Shown here in pieces: positions 9,116-19,188 of a DNA stretch of 64,000 bases. The notes under the pieces were generated by a model. It worked only from the letters and a program-made list of their open reading frames with translations. It had not been told where the DNA came from and searched no databases. How positions within the stretch are numbered: position 1 is the stretch's first letter; each line of letters begins with the position of its first letter. The translations under genes and the position numbers were made by a program. This DNA is from Candidatus Brocadiia bacterium (GTDB taxonomy: Bacteria; Planctomycetota; Brocadiia; CAIUPP01), in the NCBI GenBank assembly GCA_050015075.1, contig JBEKCB010000007.1:1-64000 (forward strand), written 5' to 3'.

Positions 9116-10039
9116 ATGAGATGCTCTCGCGGCGGAATAACGTGGCCGGCGGCGGTTCTTGTCCTGGCGCTGTGGCCGTGCGCGCCGCTGCTTGCGCAGG
9201 ACTACGCGATCAAACTGCACCGCCCGCAGGCCGTCGGGCTGAAATACCACCTGTCGGCCAGCGGCCGGAGCACCCGCACCCAGGTCCTCAAGTCCGGCGA
9301 CAAAATCCTCCAGAATGAATCCGTGAAATTCGCGGTGGAATGCGAGTGCGCGGTGACCGTCCTCGCGGTGGACGATAAAGGAAAGCCGTCCAAGCTCTCC
9401 CTGCAGATCGAGAAACTGACCCGGACGGACGATGCCGGCGCGAAGGAACTGGTGAGCAAGGGCGGCATCGTCACCGTTTCGATGAAGGACGAGGTCGAGG
9501 TTTCCGAGATGGACGACCGCCGCCTGCCATTGCCGGCCCAGGAGGCGATTACGGTGATCCTTCCGCTGGATCCCAATGGGCCGACGGACGACGAGCTTTT
9601 CGGCACGACCGCCCGGAAGAAGCCGGGCGATCATTGGGACGTCAACACCGACTTGATGGCGAAGGACCTGCTGCGCCGCCGGGCGACGGCGGGTACGGCG
9701 GACCTCAGCGGGACCGTCACCCTTGAGAAAGTCGCACGGGTCGGAACTACGGAGTGCCTGCAGATCAGCGGCTCCGTGGACTGCTCGAAGTATATTCCCG
9801 CCGTGCCGAGCGAAGTGAAAGTCGAGAAGGGGTTCTTGAAAATCAGCTTTTCCGAGAAGCTGCCGGTCGTTGTATCCATGCCGGCGCTCGAGATGACGCA
9901 GTCGGCGAATATCGGCTACACGATGAAGGGCAGACCGGACCCCACCGGAGACGAGATGACGATTGACGTCGGCGGTACGCTGACCAACTTATCGCGCGTG
10001 ACCGGCGTGCAAGAGCCTGCGGCAACCGTTCCGAACTGA
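9116..10039 (+). CDS. Secreted hypothetical protein (beta-rich)
   Basis: AGGAGG RBS, signal peptide ending APLLA-QD; no recognised motif. Confidence 0.8.
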   Translation: MRCSRGGITWPAAVLVLALWPCAPLLAQDYAIKLHRPQAVGLKYHLSASGRSTRTQVLKSGDKILQNESVKFAVECECAVTVLAVDDKGKPSKLSLQIEKLTRTDDAGAKELVSKGGIVTVSMKDEVEVSEMDDRRLPLPAQEAITVILPLDPNGPTDDELFGTTARKKPGDHWDVNTDLMAKDLLRRRATAGTADLSGTVTLEKVARVGTTECLQISGSVDCSKYIPAVPSEVKVEKGFLKISFSEKLPVVVSMPALEMTQSANIGYTMKGRPDPTGDEMTIDVGGTLTNLSRVTGVQEPAATVPN

Positions 10040-10088
10040 CCCGGGTCCGGATCCGCCGGCGCCGCCCGCCGGAAAGGAAGGTGCTTCG

Positions 10089-12716
10089 ATGGTTCGGCGT
10101 TCCCGGCCCCTCCACAGTTGCGCGGCGCTGATGCTGGGTCTTTGCGGGGCGGCCGGACTGCGCGCCGCGGAGAACGTTCCTCCATCCGCGCCGCCGCTGG
10201 TCCCCTTCACGCTTCCATGGAACGACGTTTCACCGGGCCTGACCAACCTCAGCGGCTGGCTCGAAAAGCCCGCCGGGAAATCCGGCTTCATCATCGCAAA
10301 GGACGGCCATCTCCGCGCCGGAGATCAGCGCATCCGGCTTCTGGGCGTCAATCTCTGCTTCGAGGCCAACTTCCCCAAGCACGAGGATGCCGACCAGATC
10401 GCGCCGCGCATGGCGCGCTTCGGGATCAACTGCGTCCGCTTTCACCACATGGACACCAACGCCTCGCCGCAAGGACTGCTCAAGGACGATCGGCGCACGA
10501 TAGACCCCGCGCAACTGGAGCGCCTCGACTACCTCATCTCCCGGCTGAAGGCGAACGGCATCTACGCAGACCTGAACCTGCACGTCGGGCGCAATTTCCC
10601 GGGGCTGCCGGAGGCCGGCGGCATCAGCTTCGATAAGGCGCTGGACCATTTCGTGCCGCAGATGATCGAGTCGCAGCACGAGTACGCGCGCGACCTTCTC
10701 ACGCACGTCAATCCCTACACCGGCAAAAGCTACGCGGACGAACCGGCGGTCGCGCTCATCGAGATCAGCAACGAGGACGGCCTGATCCGCGAGTGGCTCT
10801 GGGGCAACCTGGACGCTCTGCCGTCTTTCTATGAGCGCGAGCTTACCCGGCAATGGAACGACTGGCTCAAGGCGCGCTATGCCGGCGCGGCGGCGCTCAG
10901 GGCCGTATGGAATGCCGCGGACCAGCCGCTGAGCGCTACGGAAATGCTCTCGAACGGCGGTTTCGCGAACGGGGCGGACGGATGGGGCCTGGAGCAGCAC
11001 GACGGCGCGCAGGCGACCGCGGCGGCCGCCAAGGACGGTCCGGCCGGCGGCCCGGCGCTGCGGCTCACCGTGCAGCGACCGGGACAGGAAAGCTGGCACG
11101 TCCAATTCGGCCAGCCCGGCTTGAAGGTGCGGGCCGGCTCGACCTACACGTTCAGCTTCCAGGCCCGCAGCGAGCGGCCGCGCGCCATCGCGGCGGTGGT
11201 CGGCCAGGCGCACGAGCCCTGGACTGCGGTGGCGTCCACGCGGGCGGCGCTCGACAGGGAATGGCGCACGTTCCATCTGGTTTTCGTCGCGCCCGAGACG
11301 GACGAGAATGCGCGCGTGGTTTTCTCGGACCTGGGTCATGCGGGCGATGTTTGCGAGTTCGCGGCCGTGTCATTCCGCGCGGGCGGCGTCGCCGGCCTCC
11401 GCGCGGGCGAAGATCTCGGCGCCGTCGCCCCGCTGCTGAAGAAGGAATTTGCCGGCCGCGCTCCGGCCGTTCAGCGCGACTGGATCCGGTTCATGTGGGA
11501 GACCGAGGAGCGCTACTGGACCGGTATGCGCCGGTTCATCCGCGACGACCTCCACTGCGGCTCGCTCGTGGTCGGCACGGCATCCAGCTACAGCCCGTTC
11601 GCGATCCAGGCGGAGATGGACGTCACGGATTGTCATAATTACTGGCAACACCCGCACTTCCCCGGAAGACCGTGGGACCCGGTCAACTGGATTGTGCGCA
11701 ACGTCCCGATGGCCGGCGCGCCGGACGGCGGCACGCTGGGCATGCTGCTGACGCGCGCGGCCGGGAAGCCGCTGGTCTGCACCGAGTACAATCACCCCGC
11801 GCCGAACACCTACTCGTCGGAGGCGTTCCTGCTGCTCGGCGCCTATGCGGCGCTGCACGATCTCGATGGAATTTTCGCGTTCGCCTATTCGCACGGCGCC
11901 GACTGGAACCGCGGCACCTTCGCGAATTTCTTCGACATCGCCGAGCATCCGACGAAGATGGTCGCGCTGCCCGCCGCGGCGGCGCTCTTCGAGCGCGGCG
12001 ACGTCCGGACGACCGACCCGCCGACCGTAGTGCCTTACACCGTGGAAAGTTGCATCGAAGTGATCCGGAAATTCGACGACCTGCCGACCGCGGAGCGCCT
12101 CGGCGCGGACCCGGCGGCCGTTTTCGAGGGGCGCGTCGCGCTCGCGCCAACGCCGGAGGCCGGACCTGCCGCGCCGGCGCTCAAGCCCGCCGCGGCCAAG
12201 CCGGGTTCCAGCGCCACCGGCGAACTCTTCTGGGGGCCGGCGACAGCGGCGGAGAAGGGCTTCGTGCTGGTGAAGGCGCCCCGCAGCAAAGCGCTGATCG
12301 GCGCCGCGGACGAGCGCGCCTTCAAGCTGGGCGATGGCGTCGAAGTCACGCCCGGCAAGACCATGCAGGACTGGTCAGCCATCACGCTGACGGTCCTCGA
12401 CGGCGAGGGCTTCAAGGCGCCCGCGCGCATCCTCGTCACCGCCACCGGCTACGTGCAGAATACAGGGATGGTCTGGAAGGACGACAAACACGATTCGGTC
12501 GGCAGCGATTGGGGCCATGCGCCGGCGCTTGCCGAGGGCATCCCGGCCGCGATCACGCTGCCGCTCGAAGCCGGAGCGACGATGCGCGCCTGGGCGCTGG
12601 ACGGCTGCGGACAGCGCGGCGAAGAAGTCCCGGTCAAGTCCGCCGCGGGCAGGGCGACGATAGCGATTGGACCCGAGTTCAAGACGCTCTGGTATGAGAT
12701 CGAGCTGGCGAGGTAG
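10089..12716 (+). CDS. Secreted clan GH-A glycoside hydrolase with inserted CBM4-like module (GH148-like)
   Basis: GINCVRFHHMD, YARDLLTHVNPYTG, EISNEDG (acid/base), internal CBM4/9-like segment, HNYWQHP, CTEYNHPAPN (nucleophile). Confidence 0.8.
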   Translation: MVRRSRPLHSCAALMLGLCGAAGLRAAENVPPSAPPLVPFTLPWNDVSPGLTNLSGWLEKPAGKSGFIIAKDGHLRAGDQRIRLLGVNLCFEANFPKHEDADQIAPRMARFGINCVRFHHMDTNASPQGLLKDDRRTIDPAQLERLDYLISRLKANGIYADLNLHVGRNFPGLPEAGGISFDKALDHFVPQMIESQHEYARDLLTHVNPYTGKSYADEPAVALIEISNEDGLIREWLWGNLDALPSFYERELTRQWNDWLKARYAGAAALRAVWNAADQPLSATEMLSNGGFANGADGWGLEQHDGAQATAAAAKDGPAGGPALRLTVQRPGQESWHVQFGQPGLKVRAGSTYTFSFQARSERPRAIAAVVGQAHEPWTAVASTRAALDREWRTFHLVFVAPETDENARVVFSDLGHAGDVCEFAAVSFRAGGVAGLRAGEDLGAVAPLLKKEFAGRAPAVQRDWIRFMWETEERYWTGMRRFIRDDLHCGSLVVGTASSYSPFAIQAEMDVTDCHNYWQHPHFPGRPWDPVNWIVRNVPMAGAPDGGTLGMLLTRAAGKPLVCTEYNHPAPNTYSSEAFLLLGAYAALHDLDGIFAFAYSHGADWNRGTFANFFDIAEHPTKMVALPAAAALFERGDVRTTDPPTVVPYTVESCIEVIRKFDDLPTAERLGADPAAVFEGRVALAPTPEAGPAAPALKPAAAKPGSSATGELFWGPATAAEKGFVLVKAPRSKALIGAADERAFKLGDGVEVTPGKTMQDWSAITLTVLDGEGFKAPARILVTATGYVQNTGMVWKDDKHDSVGSDWGHAPALAEGIPAAITLPLEAGATMRAWALDGCGQRGEEVPVKSAAGRATIAIGPEFKTLWYEIELAR

Positions 12717-12732
12717 TTCTGCGAGAAAAAAC

Positions 12733-13887
12733 ATGCGCCTCCGACATCTGCTGGTTCTGACCGCGCTGACGGCGGCGACGCCGGCGCTGGTCGCCTTCGG
12801 CGCCCAGGCGGACCTCGACGCCGCGGAGAAGCTCACCGCCGAGGCCTGCGAGGCCATGTCGCACAAGAACTTCGAGCCGGTCCTGGAACTGATCCGCAAC
12901 GGCGACATCCGCAGCGAACTCGTCCAGCGCATGCCCCAAAGCTACCCTACCGATCCGAAGGAGCGGGAGCGGATCGGCACGGGTTTCATGGAAACGATCG
13001 CGACGGGCGTCCCCGCAATCTGGTCCTACGCCACGGATGCCGAGCGCTTTCTGTCGCCGCCGCGCGATGAGAAGGGCTTGCTCGTCGTGCCCGTGCGCTT
13101 CGATTCCAGGAATACGGAGAAGGTGCAAGTCACCGTCTTCCAGGTCTTCCGCTATCGAACCTCTCCGGAAGGCCTGCGGCTGGTCAACATCGAGACGCCG
13201 CTGACCGGGCCGGACATCGTCTCCACGGCGGCGGCCCTGATGCCTGCGCACTGGCCGGAGTCGCCGGAGGACAAGGAGAAAAAGCAGCGGAAGCATGCCA
13301 TGATCGTGCAGATGATGCGCGGGTCGCACTTCGAAGCGGAGAAGGCCGCGCGCGAGGCGTTGAAGGAGTCGCCCGAGGACATGGTCTTCCGGTTGACGCT
13401 GGCCCGCGCGCTGGGCTCGATGAAGAAGTACGATGATGCTAAGGAGCTGTATCGCGACATGCTTGCGCGCGGCCAGGCCGTCCTGTTCGCGCACTACCAA
13501 CTGGCGGCGATGGCCATCGAGGAGCAGCACTACGACGAGGCCATCGCACAGCTCCAGCTCGTGCTCGACGGCCTGCCCGAAGACGACTGGCTCCTGGCCC
13601 AACTCGCCAACGCGCAGATGCTGGCCGGCAAGACCGCCGAGGCAAAGGCGACGCTCGATCGCGCCCTCAAGCTGAGTCCCTTAAGCCGCCACGCTCTTCA
13701 GCAGCGCGCGCGGCTCCGAATCCGCGAAAAAGATCTCGACGGCGCCGCCGCCGACCTGCGTACGGTCAAGGAGCACCACGGGCAGAACATCGTGGTGCTG
13801 CTGAAGGACCCCGATTTTTCGCAGGTGGTCCTGATGGAGAAATACGGCGACATCATTGGCCGCCAATTCCAGCCGGCGCCACACTAG
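12733..13887 (+). CDS. Secreted tetratricopeptide-repeat protein
   Basis: Signal peptide; C-terminal TPR-like helices (AHYQLAAMAIEEQHYDEAIAQLQ, AEAKATLDRALKLSP). Confidence 0.8.
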   Translation: MRLRHLLVLTALTAATPALVAFGAQADLDAAEKLTAEACEAMSHKNFEPVLELIRNGDIRSELVQRMPQSYPTDPKERERIGTGFMETIATGVPAIWSYATDAERFLSPPRDEKGLLVVPVRFDSRNTEKVQVTVFQVFRYRTSPEGLRLVNIETPLTGPDIVSTAAALMPAHWPESPEDKEKKQRKHAMIVQMMRGSHFEAEKAAREALKESPEDMVFRLTLARALGSMKKYDDAKELYRDMLARGQAVLFAHYQLAAMAIEEQHYDEAIAQLQLVLDGLPEDDWLLAQLANAQMLAGKTAEAKATLDRALKLSPLSRHALQQRARLRIREKDLDGAAADLRTVKEHHGQNIVVLLKDPDFSQVVLMEKYGDIIGRQFQPAPH

Positions 13888-13915
13888 AGAAGTCCGGCCG
13901 GGAGCTCGGCGGCGC

Positions 13916-15925
13916 TCACGGCGAGGGGCGCAGGAAGAGGATCGAACGCACGCGGTCACGCGGGATGGAGACCGCGCCGAGAAACTCCGATTGCCCCGTG
14001 AGCCGGTCCGCCGAGAGCGTGCAGGAGCGCAGCGTGAACCGGCCCTCGCTCGTCACGACGCGGACCGCCGCCTCGGGCGCGAGCGGCTTGCCGCCCGGCG
14101 CGGGAAACTGGATGGACGCGACCTGGCCCAGGTCAGGCTGCACCTCGTCATGGCCGGTCTGAAGCGAGAATCGGCCATCCGCGAGCGTCACGGATTGCGC
14201 CGTGATCGCGTTGCCGTTCGTGAGCGTGACCCGGACCGATCCGGCCGCCGGCGCCGGCGCGCCGCCGGCAGTGACGACGCCCGGCAGCACGCGAAGGCGC
14301 TTGATCGAAACTGGCGCGAATCCGGCGAACACGACGTAGAGGCCGTCCTTCGGCCCGGGACGGGGTGCTGCGAACGGTCCCTGCGCCTGATCGTCCTGCC
14401 ACGCCCGGACCGTGCTGTCTTTCGGGTCGTACGAACACCGGAGCCGAACGCTGAGCGCGCGCGGTGCGGCAAACCGCAGCGACTGCGCCCAGTCGCGTCT
14501 CGCCGCCGGCGCTCCCTTCGACAGGCTGACCATGTCGTTTCCGTTGCCCCGGAATCCGAACAGCACGCCGCTCCTCTGACTCGGTGCGGCGGCCGGGCCG
14601 TAGACGGCTGGAGGCCTCTCGCCCATCCATCCGGTTTCGCTGGCGAAGAGGATCATCTCGCAGTCGAGCGGCACATCTTCCGAAGTCTCGACATCGGCCT
14701 CGACCGTGACCGGACCTTCTTGCGGCAAAATGGCCGCGATGATGCTGCCGTCCGTCACGTCGCCCGGCGTGGCCAACCGTCCGTTCTCAAACTCCCACTT
14801 GCCGCGGACGGCCATCCACTGGCCCATGCCGCCCGTGTCGAAAGGCGCATCGAGAAACGGCTGCGCCGCCGCGCTGAAGCGGACTTCCGACAGGCTCGGC
14901 GTCGGAAGGGTCAGTTCGCCCAGCGCCTCGCTGGCGAGAACTATTTGGTCCGGGCCGATGGAGCGGACTTCGCCCAGGACGAAGTCGCCGTTCGCCAGCG
15001 CGATTCGAGCGCCCGTTCCCGGCGGGCCCGCGGTCGTCAACTCGATGTGGTCCAGGACCGACGCGCGCACGCGCACCTCGTTCGGGAATTCCGGGCATCG
15101 CATGTGCAGCCAGCCGTCTTCGCCCAGGCTGAGCACCGTGCCGGTGAACCGATCTCCCGGCGCGGTCGTGACCCGATCACGGCTCGGATCTACCGCCAGC
15201 GACCAGCCCGCCGCTTCGGCAGGCGGTAAACCGCCGAGCCGGAATGTGACAAACGCGTCCGACTCGTCGCTGCCCTTCAACTGCGGCGCCCACGCTGTGT
15301 GATAGAGCTCGGGCTGCTCGACCGCGCGGGCCCGGGCGATGTTACCGGCGAACACCACTCCCTCGCGCGGCTCAATTTTCAGTTCCGCAAGCGGTATCGC
15401 CAGGGCGACTTCCCAACAGGCGGTCCGGGTCGCGCAGGCGCAGCGCCAGGGCGGCGCGTCGGGCGGCACCTGCCGGGCCGCGACTTTTTTGTCTGCGTAA
15501 GTGAAGTCCAGCGCGCGCCCGATCGGGTTCACGAGGAGTTGGCGCCAGTTGGAGCGCTCCGGCCCGGGGCACAGGAAGATCTCGATGTGGTCGTCGCGGA
15601 ACAGGTCGTTGCTGCCGCGCGGCGCACGCGCCACCAGCCGTGCCGGCTCCGGCTCGAGCGCGCGGACGGCGACATAGAGGCACTGGTCGTCCCAGAGCAT
15701 GGCGAACTGCGTCTGGAACAGCGGCCCGACCTCGGCGCCGCCGAGGTAGGTGAACCCGGTCTGCCAGGGCACGCCGCGCCAGCAGTCGTCGTCGAAATTC
15801 GCGTCGAGCCGCGGCGGCGTTTTCGCGCGGAACACCGTGCAGTTCCGCGCCTCGGCCAAGGCGGGACGGCCAAGGAACGCCAGCGCCAGGGCAAGGACCC
15901 AGGCGGCGCGAACTGAGTTTTTCAT
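13916..15925 (-). CDS. Secreted protein with N-terminal CBM9-like sugar-binding domain and further beta domains
   Basis: PRLDANFDDDCW, FAMLWDDQCLYVAV, DDHIEIFL, WEVALAIPLAEL; repeated LANGD/LTNGN hairpin modules. Confidence 0.78.
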   Translation of the reverse strand: MKNSVRAAWVLALALAFLGRPALAEARNCTVFRAKTPPRLDANFDDDCWRGVPWQTGFTYLGGAEVGPLFQTQFAMLWDDQCLYVAVRALEPEPARLVARAPRGSNDLFRDDHIEIFLCPGPERSNWRQLLVNPIGRALDFTYADKKVAARQVPPDAPPWRCACATRTACWEVALAIPLAELKIEPREGVVFAGNIARARAVEQPELYHTAWAPQLKGSDESDAFVTFRLGGLPPAEAAGWSLAVDPSRDRVTTAPGDRFTGTVLSLGEDGWLHMRCPEFPNEVRVRASVLDHIELTTAGPPGTGARIALANGDFVLGEVRSIGPDQIVLASEALGELTLPTPSLSEVRFSAAAQPFLDAPFDTGGMGQWMAVRGKWEFENGRLATPGDVTDGSIIAAILPQEGPVTVEADVETSEDVPLDCEMILFASETGWMGERPPAVYGPAAAPSQRSGVLFGFRGNGNDMVSLSKGAPAARRDWAQSLRFAAPRALSVRLRCSYDPKDSTVRAWQDDQAQGPFAAPRPGPKDGLYVVFAGFAPVSIKRLRVLPGVVTAGGAPAPAAGSVRVTLTNGNAITAQSVTLADGRFSLQTGHDEVQPDLGQVASIQFPAPGGKPLAPEAAVRVVTSEGRFTLRSCTLSADRLTGQSEFLGAVSIPRDRVRSILFLRPSP

Positions 15926-16192
15926 CGGCGTTCATCACCCATTGCAGATTCCGTGCGTGACTTCCGTATTATCCGTTAAGATACCCGCGCATGCAACGAC
16001 GCGCTCCTTCGGGCCGCCGCAGTACGGACGGCGGATTGTCGCCAAGAGACGCAGGACGCGCAACTGCAAATGGGGATAGAGAGGCTGTTGAAGAACATCT
16101 TTTGTGTTGGGGCAGCGAACGGCCCGCCGGTCAACTGCGAAAGGCGCGGACTTTGAAGAGCGTACTTTGTGGATGACCGCTCGAGACAGCTT

Positions 16193-16243
16193 CGCCGCGG
16201 AGAACGCCGACCAACCGCGATTAAGAAGGCGTTCTCCGCGGCG
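16193..16243. terminator. Perfect 16-bp stem-loop downstream of the PEP-CTERM gene
   Basis: CGCCGCGGAGAACGCC (16193-16208) / GGCGTTCTCCGCGGCG (16228-16243); no clear U-tract. Confidence 0.55.
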
Positions 16244-16275
16244 CAATCAGCTTCCATACCCGCCGTTCACGCGGC

Positions 16276-17097
16276 TTACCGTCGAATTCGGCGCACCACG
16301 GCCATCACGCCGCAGCCCGCAAGGAAAAGGCTCAAGGTCGCCGGCTCAGGGCAGGGGCTTTCGGCCAGCGCTACGTCCAGCGCATAGCCGTTGTAGATGC
16401 CGCCGTCGCCGCCGGAAACCGTGATGGGATTCCCGCCGCCGTTGATGGTCAAGTCCAGGTCGAACTCTGACGCCGAAGTTCCGAGCCCGTCGGAGCCCGC
16501 GGGATCCAAGCCATCAATGCTGAGACCGTCCGTGCTCCAGTCAATGCTTGAGAGGGTCAAGACGTGCCCGGTGCCGCCCGCCGCGGGAACAATTCCGAGC
16601 TCCACGTCTTCTCCATCCTCCAGCATCTGCAGCAGGAAGTTGGCGGTCGGGGCCGCTGGCTGCACCCAGGGCTGACCGCCGGTGCCGAGCGAAGACATGC
16701 CTTGAAAGACCGTGCTGCCCGGCGCGTACGTCTGGATATAGTTGAACTTGCCATTGATCCAGTTGGCCACCGAGGTCCCGGTGTTCGGATCTGTCTGCAT
16801 GAAGTTGCCGCCCGCCAACAGTTGGCCGGCCGCCACCCAGGTTGATTGTCCGCCCATGAGCAAGTCGCCGTACGTCCCGGGATAGGCGTTTGACAGCCAG
16901 GTGAACGAGTTGATCGTCGCAGTCGGAGCGCAGAAATTATTTCCGTTCGTGCCATTCGGCCCGACCTGGTTCTGCCCCACGTCTCCAAAGGCCGCGGTCG
17001 TCGTCTCGTCTACGCTGTAACTGAAAGCCTGTCCTGTGCGCGCGAAGAGAAAAAGACCGGCAGCAAGCACGGCAATCGTAAAACAACGGACATTCAT
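16276..17097 (-). CDS. PEP-CTERM surface protein, putative papain/C39-like cysteine peptidase fold
   Basis: Signal peptide; C-terminal CPEPATLSLFLAGCGVMAVVRRIRR; candidate triad NFCAPTA, GHVLTL, LDP. Confidence 0.85.
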   Translation of the reverse strand: MNVRCFTIAVLAAGLFLFARTGQAFSYSVDETTTAAFGDVGQNQVGPNGTNGNNFCAPTATINSFTWLSNAYPGTYGDLLMGGQSTWVAAGQLLAGGNFMQTDPNTGTSVANWINGKFNYIQTYAPGSTVFQGMSSLGTGGQPWVQPAAPTANFLLQMLEDGEDVELGIVPAAGGTGHVLTLSSIDWSTDGLSIDGLDPAGSDGLGTSASEFDLDLTINGGGNPITVSGGDGGIYNGYALDVALAESPCPEPATLSLFLAGCGVMAVVRRIRR

Positions 17098-17224
17098 GCT
17101 GAGTCTCCCCCATAAAAATCCGTGGTCCCCATTGCCCGGTCAATTTCGGTCAGCCTTCTCGTTTCGATCCTCTCCCTTCTATTTATAAACTATGCGAGAT
17201 TAGAGTAGAACCCGTTCAGTATTA

Positions 17225-17241
17225 AGCAAACCGGATGCCGG
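17225..17241 (-). promoter_or_regulatory. Sigma54 (-24/-12) promoter of the PEP-CTERM gene
   Basis: Minus strand reads CCGGCATCCGGTTTGCT, exact GG-N10-GC spacing. Confidence 0.7.
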
Positions 17242-17418
17242 AAACAGTAAAAGCCGCGCAGTGGCAAGGCGAAAATCGATGGCAGTCTTAACTACTGTCA
17301 CAAGGTAAATTACGACAATAGCGATAGGTTATGCCGAGTGTGGCGTTTCCGCACCCCCTGGGGATGTTGCCGAGTCTCAACACGCACTTCGGGTGAAAGT
17401 TGCGAAGGCTGGACGAGG

Positions 17419-18954
17419 CTAATTCTTGTCCCAGACGATTCGAGTCAGGGAGAATGGCTTTATCGCGATCGGCCCCGTGGCGTTTTGCGTCTCTATCCTT
17501 GCCGCTTTTCTATCGAGGTCGAGAAGGCCGGATGTGGCGAGGGTTTCGACCCGGCCGGGCTTGCGGTCCTGGAACAACGTTGAAGGATCGAAGGAAAGAT
17601 CGGCGCCAGACGCGTTCTCCACCAGAAGCGTCGTGCGCCTGGGCGACTCGAAAAGTCCCGCCTCGACTGGAATAAAATATTCAGTCTTCGCTCCGCCGCC
17701 CGAAACCGAGCGTTCGTCCGCCTGGACCATGCGCTGGAAAGAGCTGCTCCGATTGGCTGCCTCGCTCAACCAGCGGAACGCCGCGGCCGTGGGGACCGCG
17801 GCGTAGCTTCTTTGGCCATCCGGGACGAACATCGCGTGGGAATCTTTCGGCCTGAAGCTGTACATGAACAAGAGCGAGGCCGTCACCGAGGGATGGCGAA
17901 GCTGCACCAGGGCCATGCGCGTCGTGGTCAGCATCTCCATCGCGGGCGACATCGGCTCGCCGTTCTCGCCGCGGTCGGTCACCGGATTTGCGCCGCGCGT
18001 ATTCCATTCCGTAATCCAAAGTTCCTTGCCGGGCAACCGGCGTTCGAAGTCCTGAAGGATGCGGTCCACTCCCTCGTCCACGCGGGCCATCATGGCGTTG
18101 AGACGCGCCGCCGCGTTCTCCTCCGTCGGCGGCGTCGCCCCGGCCTCGGGATCGCCCATCACCTCGCGCAGCCGCGGATAGAGATGCAGCGTGACGGCGT
18201 CGAACCACGGTTCCGGCCGCAGGTCCTCGTCCCATTTCCGGAGCCGCTGTCCGAACCTGCCCCTTCGCACGTCAATGGCGCCGGCGGCCGCTTGCACGGC
18301 CACCTTGACATTGGCCGGCAAGAAAGGCTTTATCGCATCCAGATATTGTTTCATGATCTGCATGCTGGCCGGTTCATCGGGCCAGCGCGCCAGGCTGGTC
18401 GGATCGTTGCCCATCGCGACCCAGAATTCATTTCCCAATTCGATCCGCTGCGGGACGATGCCCTCGCCGGCCAGGCGCTTGAACCATTCTACCTGCTCCT
18501 CGACACTGGAGGATTCCAGGTTCGGGACAAAAACGACCTGCGCTCCGATCTCTCGCGCAAAGGGCTCGAACTGCTCGAAGGTCACCCCCTTCGGCTTGCC
18601 GCGCGCGATGTTGGCGGCGGCGATAACCCAGAACCGCACATAGGCCGAACTGTCTGGCTTCTCCTGGATTTCAATCAGCCCCGTGCGCCAGTTGTAAAAG
18701 TTGGAGTCGGAGCCGCCGGGGAAACGCGCCAGCCCGATCTCCATCGTCTTCAGCACCGCGACCTTGGCCGGGTCCTCCAGGAGGCGTTCATAAAACGCCG
18801 TCGTCGAAGCGCCGAAAATGGGGCCTTGCAAAGGGCGCGGCTTGCCTGAAGGCTTGAGCGTGAGCGTGTCGGCAGCAGCAGCCGAGACCCCGATCAGCAC
18901 AAGAAACAGGATCGGCATCCGAAGCAGTCCGTTCCGCCGCGTCCGAACGTCCAT
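17419..18954 (-). CDS. Secreted clan GH-A glycoside hydrolase (GH51/GH79-like)
   Basis: ARFPGGSDSNFYNWRTG, IELGNEFW, DAVTLHLY, ELWITEWN; signal peptide. Confidence 0.8.
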   Translation of the reverse strand: MDVRTRRNGLLRMPILFLVLIGVSAAAADTLTLKPSGKPRPLQGPIFGASTTAFYERLLEDPAKVAVLKTMEIGLARFPGGSDSNFYNWRTGLIEIQEKPDSSAYVRFWVIAAANIARGKPKGVTFEQFEPFAREIGAQVVFVPNLESSSVEEQVEWFKRLAGEGIVPQRIELGNEFWVAMGNDPTSLARWPDEPASMQIMKQYLDAIKPFLPANVKVAVQAAAGAIDVRRGRFGQRLRKWDEDLRPEPWFDAVTLHLYPRLREVMGDPEAGATPPTEENAAARLNAMMARVDEGVDRILQDFERRLPGKELWITEWNTRGANPVTDRGENGEPMSPAMEMLTTTRMALVQLRHPSVTASLLFMYSFRPKDSHAMFVPDGQRSYAAVPTAAAFRWLSEAANRSSSFQRMVQADERSVSGGGAKTEYFIPVEAGLFESPRRTTLLVENASGADLSFDPSTLFQDRKPGRVETLATSGLLDLDRKAARIETQNATGPIAIKPFSLTRIVWDKN

Positions 18955-19188
18955 GGCGTTCGAAGCCTCCTGCTCGAGCTGGAATTTACCCAAAGACCCT
19001 CCTCCACAAGACCAACGGGCAAACACGGCACAAGAAGACCAAGTTCCCATGCGCGTCGAACCTGGACGCCATGAGGGTCAGCCTACTCTTAATATCCTCT
19101 GGCGACCACGTCATGGACAGGTCGTGCGGCCCCGGGTCCCTTCGCAGCATACTCGCTGCGAGTGTTCAAAAAGTCCCACAGTTTACCG

